Shown here in pieces: positions 18,391 to 27,348 of a stretch of 60,768 bases of DNA (within the stretch, counting starts at the first letter, position 1; each line of letters begins with the position of its first letter). Location of the stretch: IMG/VR virus record IMGVR_UViG_3300045988_117276; one strand, given 5' to 3'. Below the pieces are notes generated by a model, which was not told the DNA's origin, searched no databases, and saw nothing but the letters and a program-made list of their open reading frames with translations. A program made the position numbers and the translations under genes. The stretch comes from a virus.

Positions 18391-18566
18391 TGTTACAAAG
18401 TGCATATCTATACGGATATGATAGAAATGACAATCATCGTTTTAAGTCTGTTTGCCGGATACAAGATGTTCGGTGACGACAATGATAAGTTTTTTATGTG
18501 CTAACCTATTATTAACAATGTGAGCAGGCGTTCGCAACACCTGCTCACTGTAAACAACTTAATTAT

Positions 18567-19343
18567 ATGAACAATCCAGTAGTTTACGACTACAAAGGTA
18601 GTCAAATTTCTTTTATGAGTGGCGAAAATACAATGATTAACGCCACACAAATGGCAAAGCCATTCAATAAACGTACAAATGATTGGCTTTCGTTGAAACA
18701 GACTAACGAGCTAATTATCTCATTATCAGCCAAAACGGGAATTCCCGCAACGGGCTTAGTTATTGTAAATCAAGGTGGTAACAATCAAGGAACTTGGTTG
18801 TATGAAGATTTAGCACTAATTTTCGCTCAATGGCTGTCTCCAGATTTCTATTTATGGTGCAACGACCGCATCAAAGAACTTTTAAAGACCGGAGTAACCA
18901 CCGTTTCAAACGACGACGAAGCAATAGCCTACGCCATGCAAGTACTCAACAAACGTCTAGAACAAGCCAAAGCGGAGAAAGCGATGCTTGAACAACAAAA
19001 TGCCTGCCTTGCGAACGAAATCAAACAAACAGCCCCGAAAGTGCAATATGTAGATAATGTGCTTCAATCAGTCAACACCTACACATCTACCCAGATGGCG
19101 AAGGAACTGTCATTGAGAACAGCCGAGCAGCTTCACAAGTCTCTAAAAGGAAAGGGAGTCATGTTTTACCAGTCCGGGCAATGGATGTTAACAGCTAGAT
19201 ATAGTGAAAACGGGTACACGAAAACAAGAACAAGTCAGTTCACTCGATCAGACGGAAGTATAGGAACCAATACGATAACCGTATGGACTGAATTAGGGAG
19301 GGCTTTCCTTCATAAGATATTTAAAGATGAAAGAGCCGCCTAA
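18567..19343 (+). CDS. KilA-N / ANT-domain antirepressor
   Basis: N-terminal KilA-N pattern (INATQMAKPFNKR...GGNNQGTWLYEDLALIFAQWLSPDF) plus a C-terminal ANT-like segment (VQYVDNVL...YTSTQMAKEL...GQWMLTARY). Confidence 0.75.
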   Translation: MNNPVVYDYKGSQISFMSGENTMINATQMAKPFNKRTNDWLSLKQTNELIISLSAKTGIPATGLVIVNQGGNNQGTWLYEDLALIFAQWLSPDFYLWCNDRIKELLKTGVTTVSNDDEAIAYAMQVLNKRLEQAKAEKAMLEQQNACLANEIKQTAPKVQYVDNVLQSVNTYTSTQMAKELSLRTAEQLHKSLKGKGVMFYQSGQWMLTARYSENGYTKTRTSQFTRSDGSIGTNTITVWTELGRAFLHKIFKDERAA

Positions 19344-19543
19344 TCCTCTTTTCCATATGCTATTAAGTGGTATTTAATAGCGTAATTAATTATGGCTATT
19401 AAATGCTACTTAATATTGTTGCATAATTTACCCCCAGGTGTACATCCGGGTGTAACACTGGTGTGACATCGGTGTGTGGTTATTCGGGAATTCCGAACAA
19501 CTGCATTGAAAAATCAAAAGAATACACGAAAAATCAAAAAGTT

Positions 19544-19975
19544 ATGAAACAGAATTATTTCACATCGAAGCAAAGTAGACAGATAAACAAGATATATAAC
19601 GAAGTACAGAGCTATATGCCATTCGAGGAAGCCACATTTCCGGCTTTTATTTCGAAGATAATCCCGTTCGTAAGGGAATATTCCCGCTACACGGAAAACA
19701 GCAAGGAATACGCAAAAGAATTGTTCGTAGAAGGGATAAGGAAGCTGGCAGACAAGTATTATCCTAACGGATTCAAGTTCAGCAAGAAGCAAAGGTACAG
19801 ATTCTCTTTGATTGAGATTCCCCGAATGAGCACTTTCGAGTGCGAATACAAGCCTATCGAGGGAGTTGCATGCATGAAGGTTATCAGAGCTTTCCGGGAC
19901 TTCGCTTGTTCCGGATTCGAAGACGAAGAAGAATTTGTAAAGAAATTAATCAGAATATCCAATATGCTTAATTAA
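19544..19975 (+). CDS. Hypothetical protein (143 aa)
   Basis: ORF; start set at MKQNYFTSKQ. Confidence 0.5.
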   Translation: MKQNYFTSKQSRQINKIYNEVQSYMPFEEATFPAFISKIIPFVREYSRYTENSKEYAKELFVEGIRKLADKYYPNGFKFSKKQRYRFSLIEIPRMSTFECEYKPIEGVACMKVIRAFRDFACSGFEDEEEFVKKLIRISNMLN

Positions 19976-19991
19976 GTCAGGGGATTTCGGT

Positions 19992-20015
19992 CCGACACTG
20001 AAGTTGACGCCAATC
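19992..20015 (+). repeat. 24-bp dispersed element; inverted copy at 49706..49730
   Basis: ccgacactgaagttgacgccaatc compared with the reverse complement of 49706..49730 (ccaacactgaaagttgacgccaatc): 1 mismatch and 1 indel. Confidence 0.85.
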
Positions 20016-20022
20016 AGCGGGA

Positions 20023-20046
20023 AAGGGTAGCTTTAGGGCTGCCCTT
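20023..20046 (+). terminator. Terminator-like hairpin after 19544..19975
   Basis: AAGGGTAGC-tttagg-GCTGCCCTT, a 9-bp stem with a weak U tract. Confidence 0.45.
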
Positions 20047-20100
20047 TCTTATGCCCCAATGTTAAATAATGTAGTGAATCACAATATTTCTCTCTTTTTA

Positions 20101-20180
20101 TTTGGAGCATATCACATCAACTACTATCTTTGTAACATCAAAATAAGAAACAAAGTATTAACAACTAAAAACATAAAGAT
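20101..20180 (+). promoter_or_regulatory. Promoter (-33 TTTG at 20101, -7 TATCTTTG at 20125) plus 56-nt leader; near-identical inverted copy at 44063..44141
   Basis: 20-nt spacer between the boxes. 20125..20180 matches the reverse complement of 44063..44118 with 2 mismatches and 1 indel. Contains the CTTTGT...ACAAAG inverted repeat. Confidence 0.6.
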
Positions 20181-20181
20181 C

Positions 20182-20379
20182 ATGAAGACGTTTGAATTTA
20201 ACAACGAGACAATTACTATCGAGAAAACAGGTTACGGACAGTATGTATTAAGCGGTATGGGTACATCAGTGCATTGTACTGACTCTGAAATCTGGGATTG
20301 GTGTGATGACGATGAAAACGAAGAGAAACATTTGTCAGCTAAAGAATCTGCGTACAGACTGCTTGTAAATTCTTTGTAA
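20182..20379 (+). CDS. Small acidic protein (65 aa)
   Basis: MKTFEFNNETITIEK...EIWDWCDDDENEEKH. It is the first gene behind the duplicated promoter. Confidence 0.6.
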   Translation: MKTFEFNNETITIEKTGYGQYVLSGMGTSVHCTDSEIWDWCDDDENEEKHLSAKESAYRLLVNSL

Positions 20380-20398
20380 AACAAAAAAAATAAACAAC

Positions 20399-20725
20399 AT
20401 GGAAAAAGTGAGTAAAAAAAGAGGAAAGATTATCACAGACCGAGAAGAACTGCTTGTTTGTCAGCAATATAAGGATGGCTGGACACTTAGAAAGATAGCG
20501 ACGTATGCTAACATCTCCCAGACAACCGTGATGGCGATCTTAAGGAGAAGGGAGATCCCTCTCCGGAACGGGAAACAGATCACCGAAGAGCAGGAAAAAC
20601 AGGTGATAGACCTGTATCTGTCAGGAGGAAAGATCAAAGAGATAATGTCAAAAACCGGGGTAAAGTCAGAGCAGACGATTTACAGGATCATCAACAATGC
20701 TGGAATAGATAAGAGGAGGAGATAA
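20399..20725 (+). CDS. DNA-binding protein with two Hin/resolvase-type HTH modules and no catalytic domain
   Basis: GWTLRKIATYANISQTTVMAILRR and GGKIKEIMSKTGVKSEQTIYRIINN. Confidence 0.55.
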   Translation: MEKVSKKRGKIITDREELLVCQQYKDGWTLRKIATYANISQTTVMAILRRREIPLRNGKQITEEQEKQVIDLYLSGGKIKEIMSKTGVKSEQTIYRIINNAGIDKRRR

Positions 20726-20738
20726 CAACTCCTCTTAT
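20709..20738 (+). terminator. Terminator hairpin spanning the stop codon of 20399..20725
   Basis: ATAAGAGGAG-gagataacaa-CTCCTCTTAT, a 10-bp stem. Confidence 0.5.
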
Positions 20739-20957
20739 CTATGGCTTTTATCAAAAGGCCTTGCCGTAATCTTGCCGTTATTGCTTAATTACCCTTACCA
20801 TAACCTTACCACTTTCAAGTGGGCTGTTTAGTAAAATATCAATACACAAATTTCTACCATGCCTCACTCTGTAAAATATTGTTACCCCACCCTTGCTTCG
20901 AGGCAGGATTGTCCTATTTTTCCTCTTATTTTTGTATAATCCCCGTGATTTTTCTGA

Positions 20958-22451
20958 CTAAGTAGTCTCATTTTTGGTCTGTTTGTCTGATTCCTTTTCC
21001 CCTCTTTCCTCTTCTTCGATCTCTTTTAGAACTTCGTCTACCCTTTCGGCATTACCGGCAAACAATATACCTTCTCTCCGAGACCAAACCTTACCATTTA
21101 TTGCGCTAACTGCCGTTGTTACCCGTTCGTCAATATCATCAATCATATATGGGACCAAGTCTACGTCTATGTCGATAGTCTGTGAAGCTTTATTGAACTC
21201 CGAAGGATTGACATCAGCTAAAGCAGACACAAGAAAGTTGATTCTACGCTGAAAGAACTCCCCTATTACTTCTGCGTGATTCGAAACAGCCATATGTGCA
21301 CCCATAAAGATGTATCTAAAAGCTCTTCCTGAAATAGCATTGCCAAGCCCTTTTAACTCCTGTGGAGATATTCGCGGAGTGTTAGTTAAATCGTATGCTT
21401 TGTTAGTAAGCCCTTCAAGTTCCAGCTTAACTGTATCCGGAACTTGGTTCCAGGTCAGATATTGAGCATTCGCTTTTTCTCCGGTTAATTGTATGATCCT
21501 GTTGCGTTTCTTCCCTGTGAAGTTAGAGACATCGCCAAAAAGCATTAAATATGGGAAGAAATGGTAATCTATACAATCGGCATAGCTAGATAATATCTTT
21601 TCGATTCGTACACGTATGGTCTTTATTTTATGACAGTAAGTTTCCGGACGATAACCATACAATACAGGGAGTTTTCTAAAACCATGCCGGAAGGATTTTT
21701 CCTCCACAGCTTCCCATCCATTTGTATTCTCCCAATGGTAAACATGACTGGAAGTAACTGTTTGAAAACAAACAATTTCTACATCATCTAAATCCTTCTT
21801 CTTATATTCACGAGAAAAAGCAACTAAGTCTCCCGCATCATCAAAGAACGGATAAAGTTTGTCTCCTCTAAAAGGAGACCAGATGACACTACGCAGTTTA
21901 TTTTGAGGCCTCACCTTACCCCCAAAAGTTTTTTGTATCTTATTCCAAAATTTGAGCCAAAAAGAATCATCTTTTACCGCATACCAATATTCGGCACATT
22001 CCTGTTCAGACAGCCATGAACGAACTATACGCTTGTTTTGGTATTGAATCTTATTTTTTTTGAGGACTTGCTGAATTGCATAAAAAAGACCTTTTTCGCT
22101 TTCATTAGATGGAGAACAATCCATTTTAGGTTCAGTTCCTACCGTAAATGCCGTTTGAATATTAGTTATATCTTGCTCCAGCGGGATAGAGATGCGGTTA
22201 CACGGTTCTGTACGTTTTTTAGGAGGAATGGTAATGCTTTTGCCGTTAGTATCATCCCATTCTTCTCTTCCTTTTTCTTCCACAATTTCTATATCAGGAT
22301 ATTTTTCTTTATCCACAATGATTTCATGCAAATCAGCATTCCAATCTTTCCAGTTTTCACAGGTGTTAGGTTCCTCTGTTCTCCGTCCTTTTTTTAAATA
22401 TCCGATCTTCTGATCTACATCTTCTAGTGCTAAAATGTCCTCTAATGTCAT
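20958..22451 (-). CDS. Portal protein (SPP1 gp6-like size and position)
   Basis: 497-aa ORF immediately downstream of TerL. Confidence 0.7.
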   Translation of the reverse strand: MTLEDILALEDVDQKIGYLKKGRRTEEPNTCENWKDWNADLHEIIVDKEKYPDIEIVEEKGREEWDDTNGKSITIPPKKRTEPCNRISIPLEQDITNIQTAFTVGTEPKMDCSPSNESEKGLFYAIQQVLKKNKIQYQNKRIVRSWLSEQECAEYWYAVKDDSFWLKFWNKIQKTFGGKVRPQNKLRSVIWSPFRGDKLYPFFDDAGDLVAFSREYKKKDLDDVEIVCFQTVTSSHVYHWENTNGWEAVEEKSFRHGFRKLPVLYGYRPETYCHKIKTIRVRIEKILSSYADCIDYHFFPYLMLFGDVSNFTGKKRNRIIQLTGEKANAQYLTWNQVPDTVKLELEGLTNKAYDLTNTPRISPQELKGLGNAISGRAFRYIFMGAHMAVSNHAEVIGEFFQRRINFLVSALADVNPSEFNKASQTIDIDVDLVPYMIDDIDERVTTAVSAINGKVWSRREGILFAGNAERVDEVLKEIEEEERGEKESDKQTKNETT

Positions 22452-22463
22452 AGCTATATATTT

Positions 22464-23684
22464 TTAATGATTAAACGCTTCTAAACCTTTTGAAACCTGC
22501 TTTCTTCCCATCAATTCCATCATACAACAATAGCGCACTTCGTCAATAATATGATTATAATCATCTACAGGAACGTTAAGCCATTTGCCATTCTTATCCT
22601 GTTGATACGTGTAATTATCCAATTCTTTTTTAGCATTAATGGAATTCTCGGTTATATACAGTTTCTTTGATTTCATAAAATCGATTCCTGCTTCTACCGA
22701 TCCATGATATTTTTCGACTGGCTGTATATTAAATCCCGCATTATATATTTCAGCGATCAAACGTGGATCAGCGCTTTCTGACCATATTTTCAATCTAGGC
22801 ATCCTCTTAAACTTCTTGATGATATCAGTAGAAAGAAGGTTTGTTTCATAAAATTTTTCATCTATATAAATAGCATTATCTAAAAAGCCATTTTCAGAAC
22901 AAGCAGTAGGATCATTTGAGTATCCAAAATCAAGCCCATACCACCTGCGTTTTACCCAAATAGGTACTTCTTTAATAATTGTATAGTTCTCAAAGATAAG
23001 ACCTTCGATCTTAGACCTCTTTCCTAATCCATATATAAGCCATTTTCTCTTATCTGCAGTCCCTTGCGAATAATTATACTCTGTAGGTTCATATGATTCA
23101 ATCTTGCGCTTCATATTGGCTGGAATAAATGGATTATCCAACATCGTTGAATGATCAAAGTAGCAATCTTCACGTGTACATACATTGTCATATATCCAGT
23201 GCTCTTCTGCCGAAGGGTTATAATCAAGTATTGAAAACCGCGCACATCTTTGTTCTAACTGGTCAAAATCATCTTTAGAAGCTTCCATCGCCTCATTTAT
23301 CCAAAAGATATCAGAAGTCAGACCATGCAGCCTTTGAACATCATCAAGCCCCACAAACTCAAATGAAGTAGAATACATTTGTATCGTTTTTAAGGTGTTG
23401 TTAATCTTGCAATCATTGTATAATCCCGTTTCAAGAAGTATGTTTTTAAAATCGGTCCACACTGTTGAAGATAGCCATGTCCCTTTCTTTCTAGCAATTA
23501 CGATTCTATTTGAACGTTGCCAGTTATTTATTGCATAAACAATAAAAAATTGTATAAGTGAATATGTTTTTGATGAGCGTGATCCCCCTTCGAATACATA
23601 GACATTAAACCTGTTACTCTCCAAAGCAGACATGGCCCTATGAAAAACAGGTGTGCAATTTATATTTAGTTCAGCAACTCCCAC
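22464..23684 (-). CDS. terL: Terminase large subunit (PBSX/XtmB-type)
   Basis: Walker A-like FEGGSRSSKTYS and nuclease-half motifs. 406 aa; overlaps TerS. Confidence 0.85.
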   Translation of the reverse strand: MGVAELNINCTPVFHRAMSALESNRFNVYVFEGGSRSSKTYSLIQFFIVYAINNWQRSNRIVIARKKGTWLSSTVWTDFKNILLETGLYNDCKINNTLKTIQMYSTSFEFVGLDDVQRLHGLTSDIFWINEAMEASKDDFDQLEQRCARFSILDYNPSAEEHWIYDNVCTREDCYFDHSTMLDNPFIPANMKRKIESYEPTEYNYSQGTADKRKWLIYGLGKRSKIEGLIFENYTIIKEVPIWVKRRWYGLDFGYSNDPTACSENGFLDNAIYIDEKFYETNLLSTDIIKKFKRMPRLKIWSESADPRLIAEIYNAGFNIQPVEKYHGSVEAGIDFMKSKKLYITENSINAKKELDNYTYQQDKNGKWLNVPVDDYNHIIDEVRYCCMMELMGRKQVSKGLEAFNH

Positions 23685-24285
23685 TATTATTCAAATTAGT
23701 TTGCTTATCCTGCAGTTCCAAATCCTCTTTTTTATTATAAACCACATTGACATTAACGTTAGCTGGAGGAGCTATTGACGATCCGTTAGAAGTAACATCC
23801 ATCTTTTCCGGCGCATCCCAACCTAACATCTTACAAATGCGTTCTATGGCTTTTAATTTATCATGAAGCTCTATTTTCACATATTCCACATCCACAATTT
23901 CTGGATCATCACTTGTGCCAATATTCTTTTTTAAGATCTTAGTTGATATACTCTTTATCGCAGATTTTTGCTTTGAAGTAAGTTTATCAAATTCCGCCCT
24001 TTCTATCCAGCTATTATGCATATCTGCAATAGAGGAAAAAGCGATACTTGACAATTCATCTAATATCTTTTCCTTAGTAATATCAGATTTGTTTTTTTGC
24101 TCTTCCTGTAATTCCCGAACCCTTGTCACAATATTGCCGTTATTCAACAATTCAACAGCTTTACGATTTATTGATTCATCTTTCATATTAGAGCAGGAAT
24201 ACGCACGTCGATAAGCCTCAGATGCATTACCGCACTCGAGGTAGTAATTACAGAAGTTTTCTTGCTTAACAGATAATTTCGCCAT
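23671..24285 (-). CDS. terS: Terminase small subunit (P27-family type)
   Basis: MAKLSVKQENFCNYYLECGNASEAYRRAY is the family's signature N-terminus. Confidence 0.85.
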   Translation of the reverse strand: MAKLSVKQENFCNYYLECGNASEAYRRAYSCSNMKDESINRKAVELLNNGNIVTRVRELQEEQKNKSDITKEKILDELSSIAFSSIADMHNSWIERAEFDKLTSKQKSAIKSISTKILKKNIGTSDDPEIVDVEYVKIELHDKLKAIERICKMLGWDAPEKMDVTSNGSSIAPPANVNVNVVYNKKEDLELQDKQTNLNNSGSC

Positions 24286-24289
24286 GTTT

Positions 24290-24721
24290 TTAGCTTATTA
24301 TTTTTTCAGCCTCCAAATGATACATAATCTCAGTGTAAAGGTAATCCAGTTCTTCCCTAAAATCCTTATAAGTCTTATAGTAAGAAATAACACTATCGCA
24401 ATAGTGCGAAATTGATGGTAGGCAATTTACATTAATAGCTTTTGCTATTCCTTTTCTAAGCCCTTTGGGAAGTTGTTCATCAAATAATATAGTAGCAGGA
24501 GAATACAGACGCAAAATAACAAAACAAAAACGTTTTTTTTGGATAACACTTCCCTTAATCGCTTTAGAATTTCTGTACGATTCTATATAATTAAACATTG
24601 AATATATGTGCTCAATGTGAATAAGACTGGTTAATACAGGAGTGGATATTAAATCTTTTCTTTGAGATAATGACATTTGAAGCTCTCTAATAGATTTAGC
24701 TTCTGAAATTTGCTCAATCAT
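24290..24721 (-). CDS. Hypothetical protein (143 aa)
   Basis: ORF at the head of the packaging operon. Confidence 0.5.
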   Translation of the reverse strand: MIEQISEAKSIRELQMSLSQRKDLISTPVLTSLIHIEHIYSMFNYIESYRNSKAIKGSVIQKKRFCFVILRLYSPATILFDEQLPKGLRKGIAKAINVNCLPSISHYCDSVISYYKTYKDFREELDYLYTEIMYHLEAEKIIS

Positions 24722-24770
24722 AGTACTATAGTTTAGAAATTAATAGTATATTTGTACTATTAATTGAGAA

Positions 24771-24805
24771 AAGAGGATCTATCTGATGGTTCGGGTGGTC
24801 CTCTT
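24771..24805. terminator. Hairpin with T-rich flanks on both strands (putative bidirectional terminator)
   Basis: AAGAGGA-21 nt-TCCTCTT, with ttttatttt on the plus side. Confidence 0.4.
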
Positions 24806-24949
24806 TTATTTTGCTTTTCTCGCCCACATATGAGCGTTGTACAGAGCATAGGCGTACATCTTAAGCTCCCTGCTGTTGCTTATATACTCTACCTTCATTG
24901 CAGCCTTCAAGCATTCCGCCAGAAGGTTATTGTCTATTCTTTGGTTCAT
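24806..24949 (-). CDS. Possible small protein (47 aa, below the track cutoff)
   Basis: Own translation: MNQRIDNNLLAECLKAAMKVEYISNSRELKMYAYALYNAHMWARKAK. It starts 4 nt after the stop of the upstream gene. Confidence 0.35.
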   Translation of the reverse strand: MNQRIDNNLLAECLKAAMKVEYISNSRELKMYAYALYNAHMWARKAK

Positions 24950-24953
24950 AATC

Positions 24954-25601
24954 TTAGTCTATTAATTCAAATTCATAAGCAAATACATAAGGATTAGATG
25001 CAAACATTCCTTTGCCTGAGACTTTATCTATCAGGGCAGAAAAGGCTTCTCTAGGACTTCTTTTCATATCTTGCCAACTAAACATCTCAAATCTGTCTGA
25101 TAAATCATATTTAAAAACTGTTCCGTCTTTAGTATATTTTATAATCCCTTCTTTCAAACAGTCCGCTTCCGATATGTCCTGTAGGCGTTCGCACTTGACT
25201 CCGGTGATTCTGATATGTTTCTTGCAAGCAGCAGCCGAAACAAACATCTTGTTATTCCAGCCTGCGGAATGTTTCATAAAACCACGAATACCTAAGTCTT
25301 TGGGATCTCTATCTAATGAGTCTGGATCATACCCTAAATCCTTGTAGCTTTGTGCAATGGCAACTACTTCGCCAACTTTATATTTTGGGAGAATTTGTCC
25401 GCCATCAATCATACGTTCATCTTCGTCATACATACATATTTCAGTGACTTCACCAGAAGGTCTCTTACATACAAAATATCCTGCAACGTTTACACCTCTA
25501 AACTTTAAAGGATAAGTAACTATTCTTCTCGTCATGGTCTTCCGACCTTCTAATACAGCTTGTGTTAGGGAAAATTTATCGTTAAACATTATCTTCTTCA
25601 T
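24954..25601 (-). CDS. Hypothetical protein, tentatively ASCH-like
   Basis: The N-terminus MKKIMFNDKFSLTQAVLEGRKTMTRR resembles phage ASCH-type proteins. A GGAGG motif lies upstream. Confidence 0.35.
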   Translation of the reverse strand: MKKIMFNDKFSLTQAVLEGRKTMTRRIVTYPLKFRGVNVAGYFVCKRPSGEVTEICMYDEDERMIDGGQILPKYKVGEVVAIAQSYKDLGYDPDSLDRDPKDLGIRGFMKHSAGWNNKMFVSAAACKKHIRITGVKCERLQDISEADCLKEGIIKYTKDGTVFKYDLSDRFEMFSWQDMKRSPREAFSALIDKVSGKGMFASNPYVFAYEFELID

Positions 25602-25936
25602 GATTCCTCCTTCCTATTATCGCTTTCGTTTTTACTTTGATCATCTATCTTTCTTTTAAGACGACCGTATTCCTGTTCAATGCACTTGCTTATCCCTTCT
25701 ACATCTTCGTAACGTTCAGCCTTTATAAGCTCTCTTTTGAGGCTTTCAAGCATATTGATGTATGCAATGTCGTTACGGTCCGTTACATGCTGAATATACA
25801 TTTGTATATCGTTCAGCTTATTCTCCATGCGCCCATGCCATTTGCTTATCATGATTAAGATAATGGCAACGGTTGTAGCATTAATAAAAAACAATGCTAT
25901 TTTGATGATTAAGTCTAATACTTCATTTGCTGGCAT
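25598..25936 (-). CDS. Membrane-anchored coiled-coil protein (112 aa)
   Basis: N-terminal TM segment (IIKIALFFINATTVAIILIMI). GGAGG lies 7 nt upstream. Confidence 0.55.
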   Translation of the reverse strand: MPANEVLDLIIKIALFFINATTVAIILIMISKWHGRMENKLNDIQMYIQHVTDRNDIAYINMLESLKRELIKAERYEDVEGISKCIEQEYGRLKRKIDDQSKNESDNRKEES

Positions 25937-25966
25937 GGCTATTCCTCCTTTCTCTCTAATCCGTTA

Positions 25967-26179
25967 TTATTTGTGCATTAATTTTTCTTCAAACTCCGCA
26001 ATGATACAGTCTGCATCACCGCCATGTACCCAATTCTCTAAAACGGAGGAAAGGATTTCAATTGCTTGTTCTTTCTCCCATTTTGCGCCAGCTTTAAATC
26101 CGGACTTATAAATAACTTGTCCAACTATATTATATCCTTCAGCTCCTTGTTTAGCGGCTTCTTCTAATGTCTGTTTCAT
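25967..26179 (-). CDS. Hypothetical protein (70 aa)
   Basis: ORF in a tightly packed minus-strand run. Confidence 0.5.
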   Translation of the reverse strand: MKQTLEEAAKQGAEGYNIVGQVIYKSGFKAGAKWEKEQAIEILSSVLENWVHGGDADCIIAEFEEKLMHK

Positions 26180-26182
26180 AAA

Positions 26183-26599
26183 TTATTTATCGTTTTTTAA
26201 TTCTTTAATATATCCGTGTTCAATGCACCAACAAAGCATTTCATAAACTGCGTCAATCAATGAACTGTCAGTAAAATGCTTGATACAATCATTAACATCC
26301 TCTACGTTACGATATGCTATGGTATCCCTTTCAATCATCCATGAAAATAGAATCTGCTCATATGGCATTGGGTTTAGATAATGTGGCAGTTTGTTGAGAA
26401 TGTCTTGCAAGTCGTAAGTAGGGACTATCTCCCAAAATGTACTATCTCTTTTTTGATTAATTACATCTTCATATATTTCAAGTTCCCATTCTTCCTCTAT
26501 ATTGCCATAAAAACAGCAATAACACATACTTGCATCACTTGTGTCCAATCCAAGTTCCTGCAAGTGCTTCATTTGCAAAATTGATAATACCTGTTTCAT
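26183..26599 (-). CDS. Hypothetical protein (138 aa)
   Basis: ORF. Confidence 0.5.
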   Translation of the reverse strand: MKQVLSILQMKHLQELGLDTSDASMCYCCFYGNIEEEWELEIYEDVINQKRDSTFWEIVPTYDLQDILNKLPHYLNPMPYEQILFSWMIERDTIAYRNVEDVNDCIKHFTDSSLIDAVYEMLCWCIEHGYIKELKNDK

Positions 26600-26602
26600 A
26601 AA

Positions 26603-26833
26603 TTATTCATCTTGAAAATCATCAATCTCATATTCCCATTCCATTGCATCCGCTTCTCGAATATTATCACTAAGCCATTCTTTTGCGTTTTCAAGCTCAT
26701 CATCCCATTCAGGTACATCACCACCTTCATCATAGGCTTTAGCTAATTCATTATAAACTTCGTCAGGGACTTCAACATTTCCAAGTCCAACTCGATAAGT
26801 TACTTTGATTGTTAAATCTTTAATATTCTTCAT
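26603..26833 (-). CDS. Small highly acidic protein (76 aa)
   Basis: ORF rich in D/E (EWDDELENAKEWLSDNIREADAMEWEYEIDDFQDE). GGAGG upstream. Confidence 0.55.
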   Translation of the reverse strand: MKNIKDLTIKVTYRVGLGNVEVPDEVYNELAKAYDEGGDVPEWDDELENAKEWLSDNIREADAMEWEYEIDDFQDE

Positions 26834-27201
26834 ATTTCCTCCTCTCTATATTCAAAGGGACCGTCGTATCCCATTTCTTTAAGACGTTGTGTAAACTCTT
26901 CGACTGAATCATTATATATACCCCAATCTCCTTTGTCGTTGATAAACATTTGGTTGTTATCAGTATCATCTCTCAGTGCGGCAATAGCAAGGAACAGGGT
27001 TCTATTATATTTGCAATCATACCCAACCTCATCATCTGTAATATTGGATGCGAACGTTGTGAAATATACTCCATGTTCAGTATCTGTATATATTATATCG
27101 TGATGATTTGAGGAACCTGCGTTTTTATACCCTATATCTTCTAACTTCTTACGGAGTTCCTCCGTATTTTTTCTAATAAAACATGGTGTTGTAAATCCCA
27201 T
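26830..27201 (-). CDS. Hypothetical protein (123 aa)
   Basis: ORF. Confidence 0.5.
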   Translation of the reverse strand: MGFTTPCFIRKNTEELRKKLEDIGYKNAGSSNHHDIIYTDTEHGVYFTTFASNITDDEVGYDCKYNRTLFLAIAALRDDTDNNQMFINDKGDWGIYNDSVEEFTQRLKEMGYDGPFEYREEEI

Positions 27202-27225
27202 AGTTAGTTCCTTTCTTTATTGTTA

Positions 27226-27348
27226 TTAGTCAATTATCAAAATTTCACGATATGCAATGTCTATCTCATTCGTCTTCTCATTCTCATTGAAACAATAGCA
27301 AAGAAACCATTTCAACGCACCTTCATTCTCATATTGTGCTTTCCACAT
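27226..27348 (-). CDS. 40-aa ORF in the -1 frame overlapping the 3' end of 27312..27521
   Basis: Own translation: MWKAQYENEGALKWFLCYCFNENEKTNEIDIAYREILIID. It fills the otherwise empty gap 27202..27311. Confidence 0.3.
   Translation of the reverse strand: MWKAQYENEGALKWFLCYCFNENEKTNEIDIAYREILIID

Noticed and set aside
20399-20725. A serine invertase (Hin/Gin-like) that could flip the segment between the inverted promoter copies.
   Set aside because: Only HTH modules are present. There is no resolvase catalytic domain (no N-terminal Ser motif), so recombinase activity is not supported. Inversion by homologous recombination remains possible but is unproven.
24764-24997. 77-aa plus-strand ORF.
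   Set aside because: It runs through a hairpin/terminator and is antisense to the end of 24954..25601 and to a better-placed 47-aa minus ORF. No plus-strand signals.
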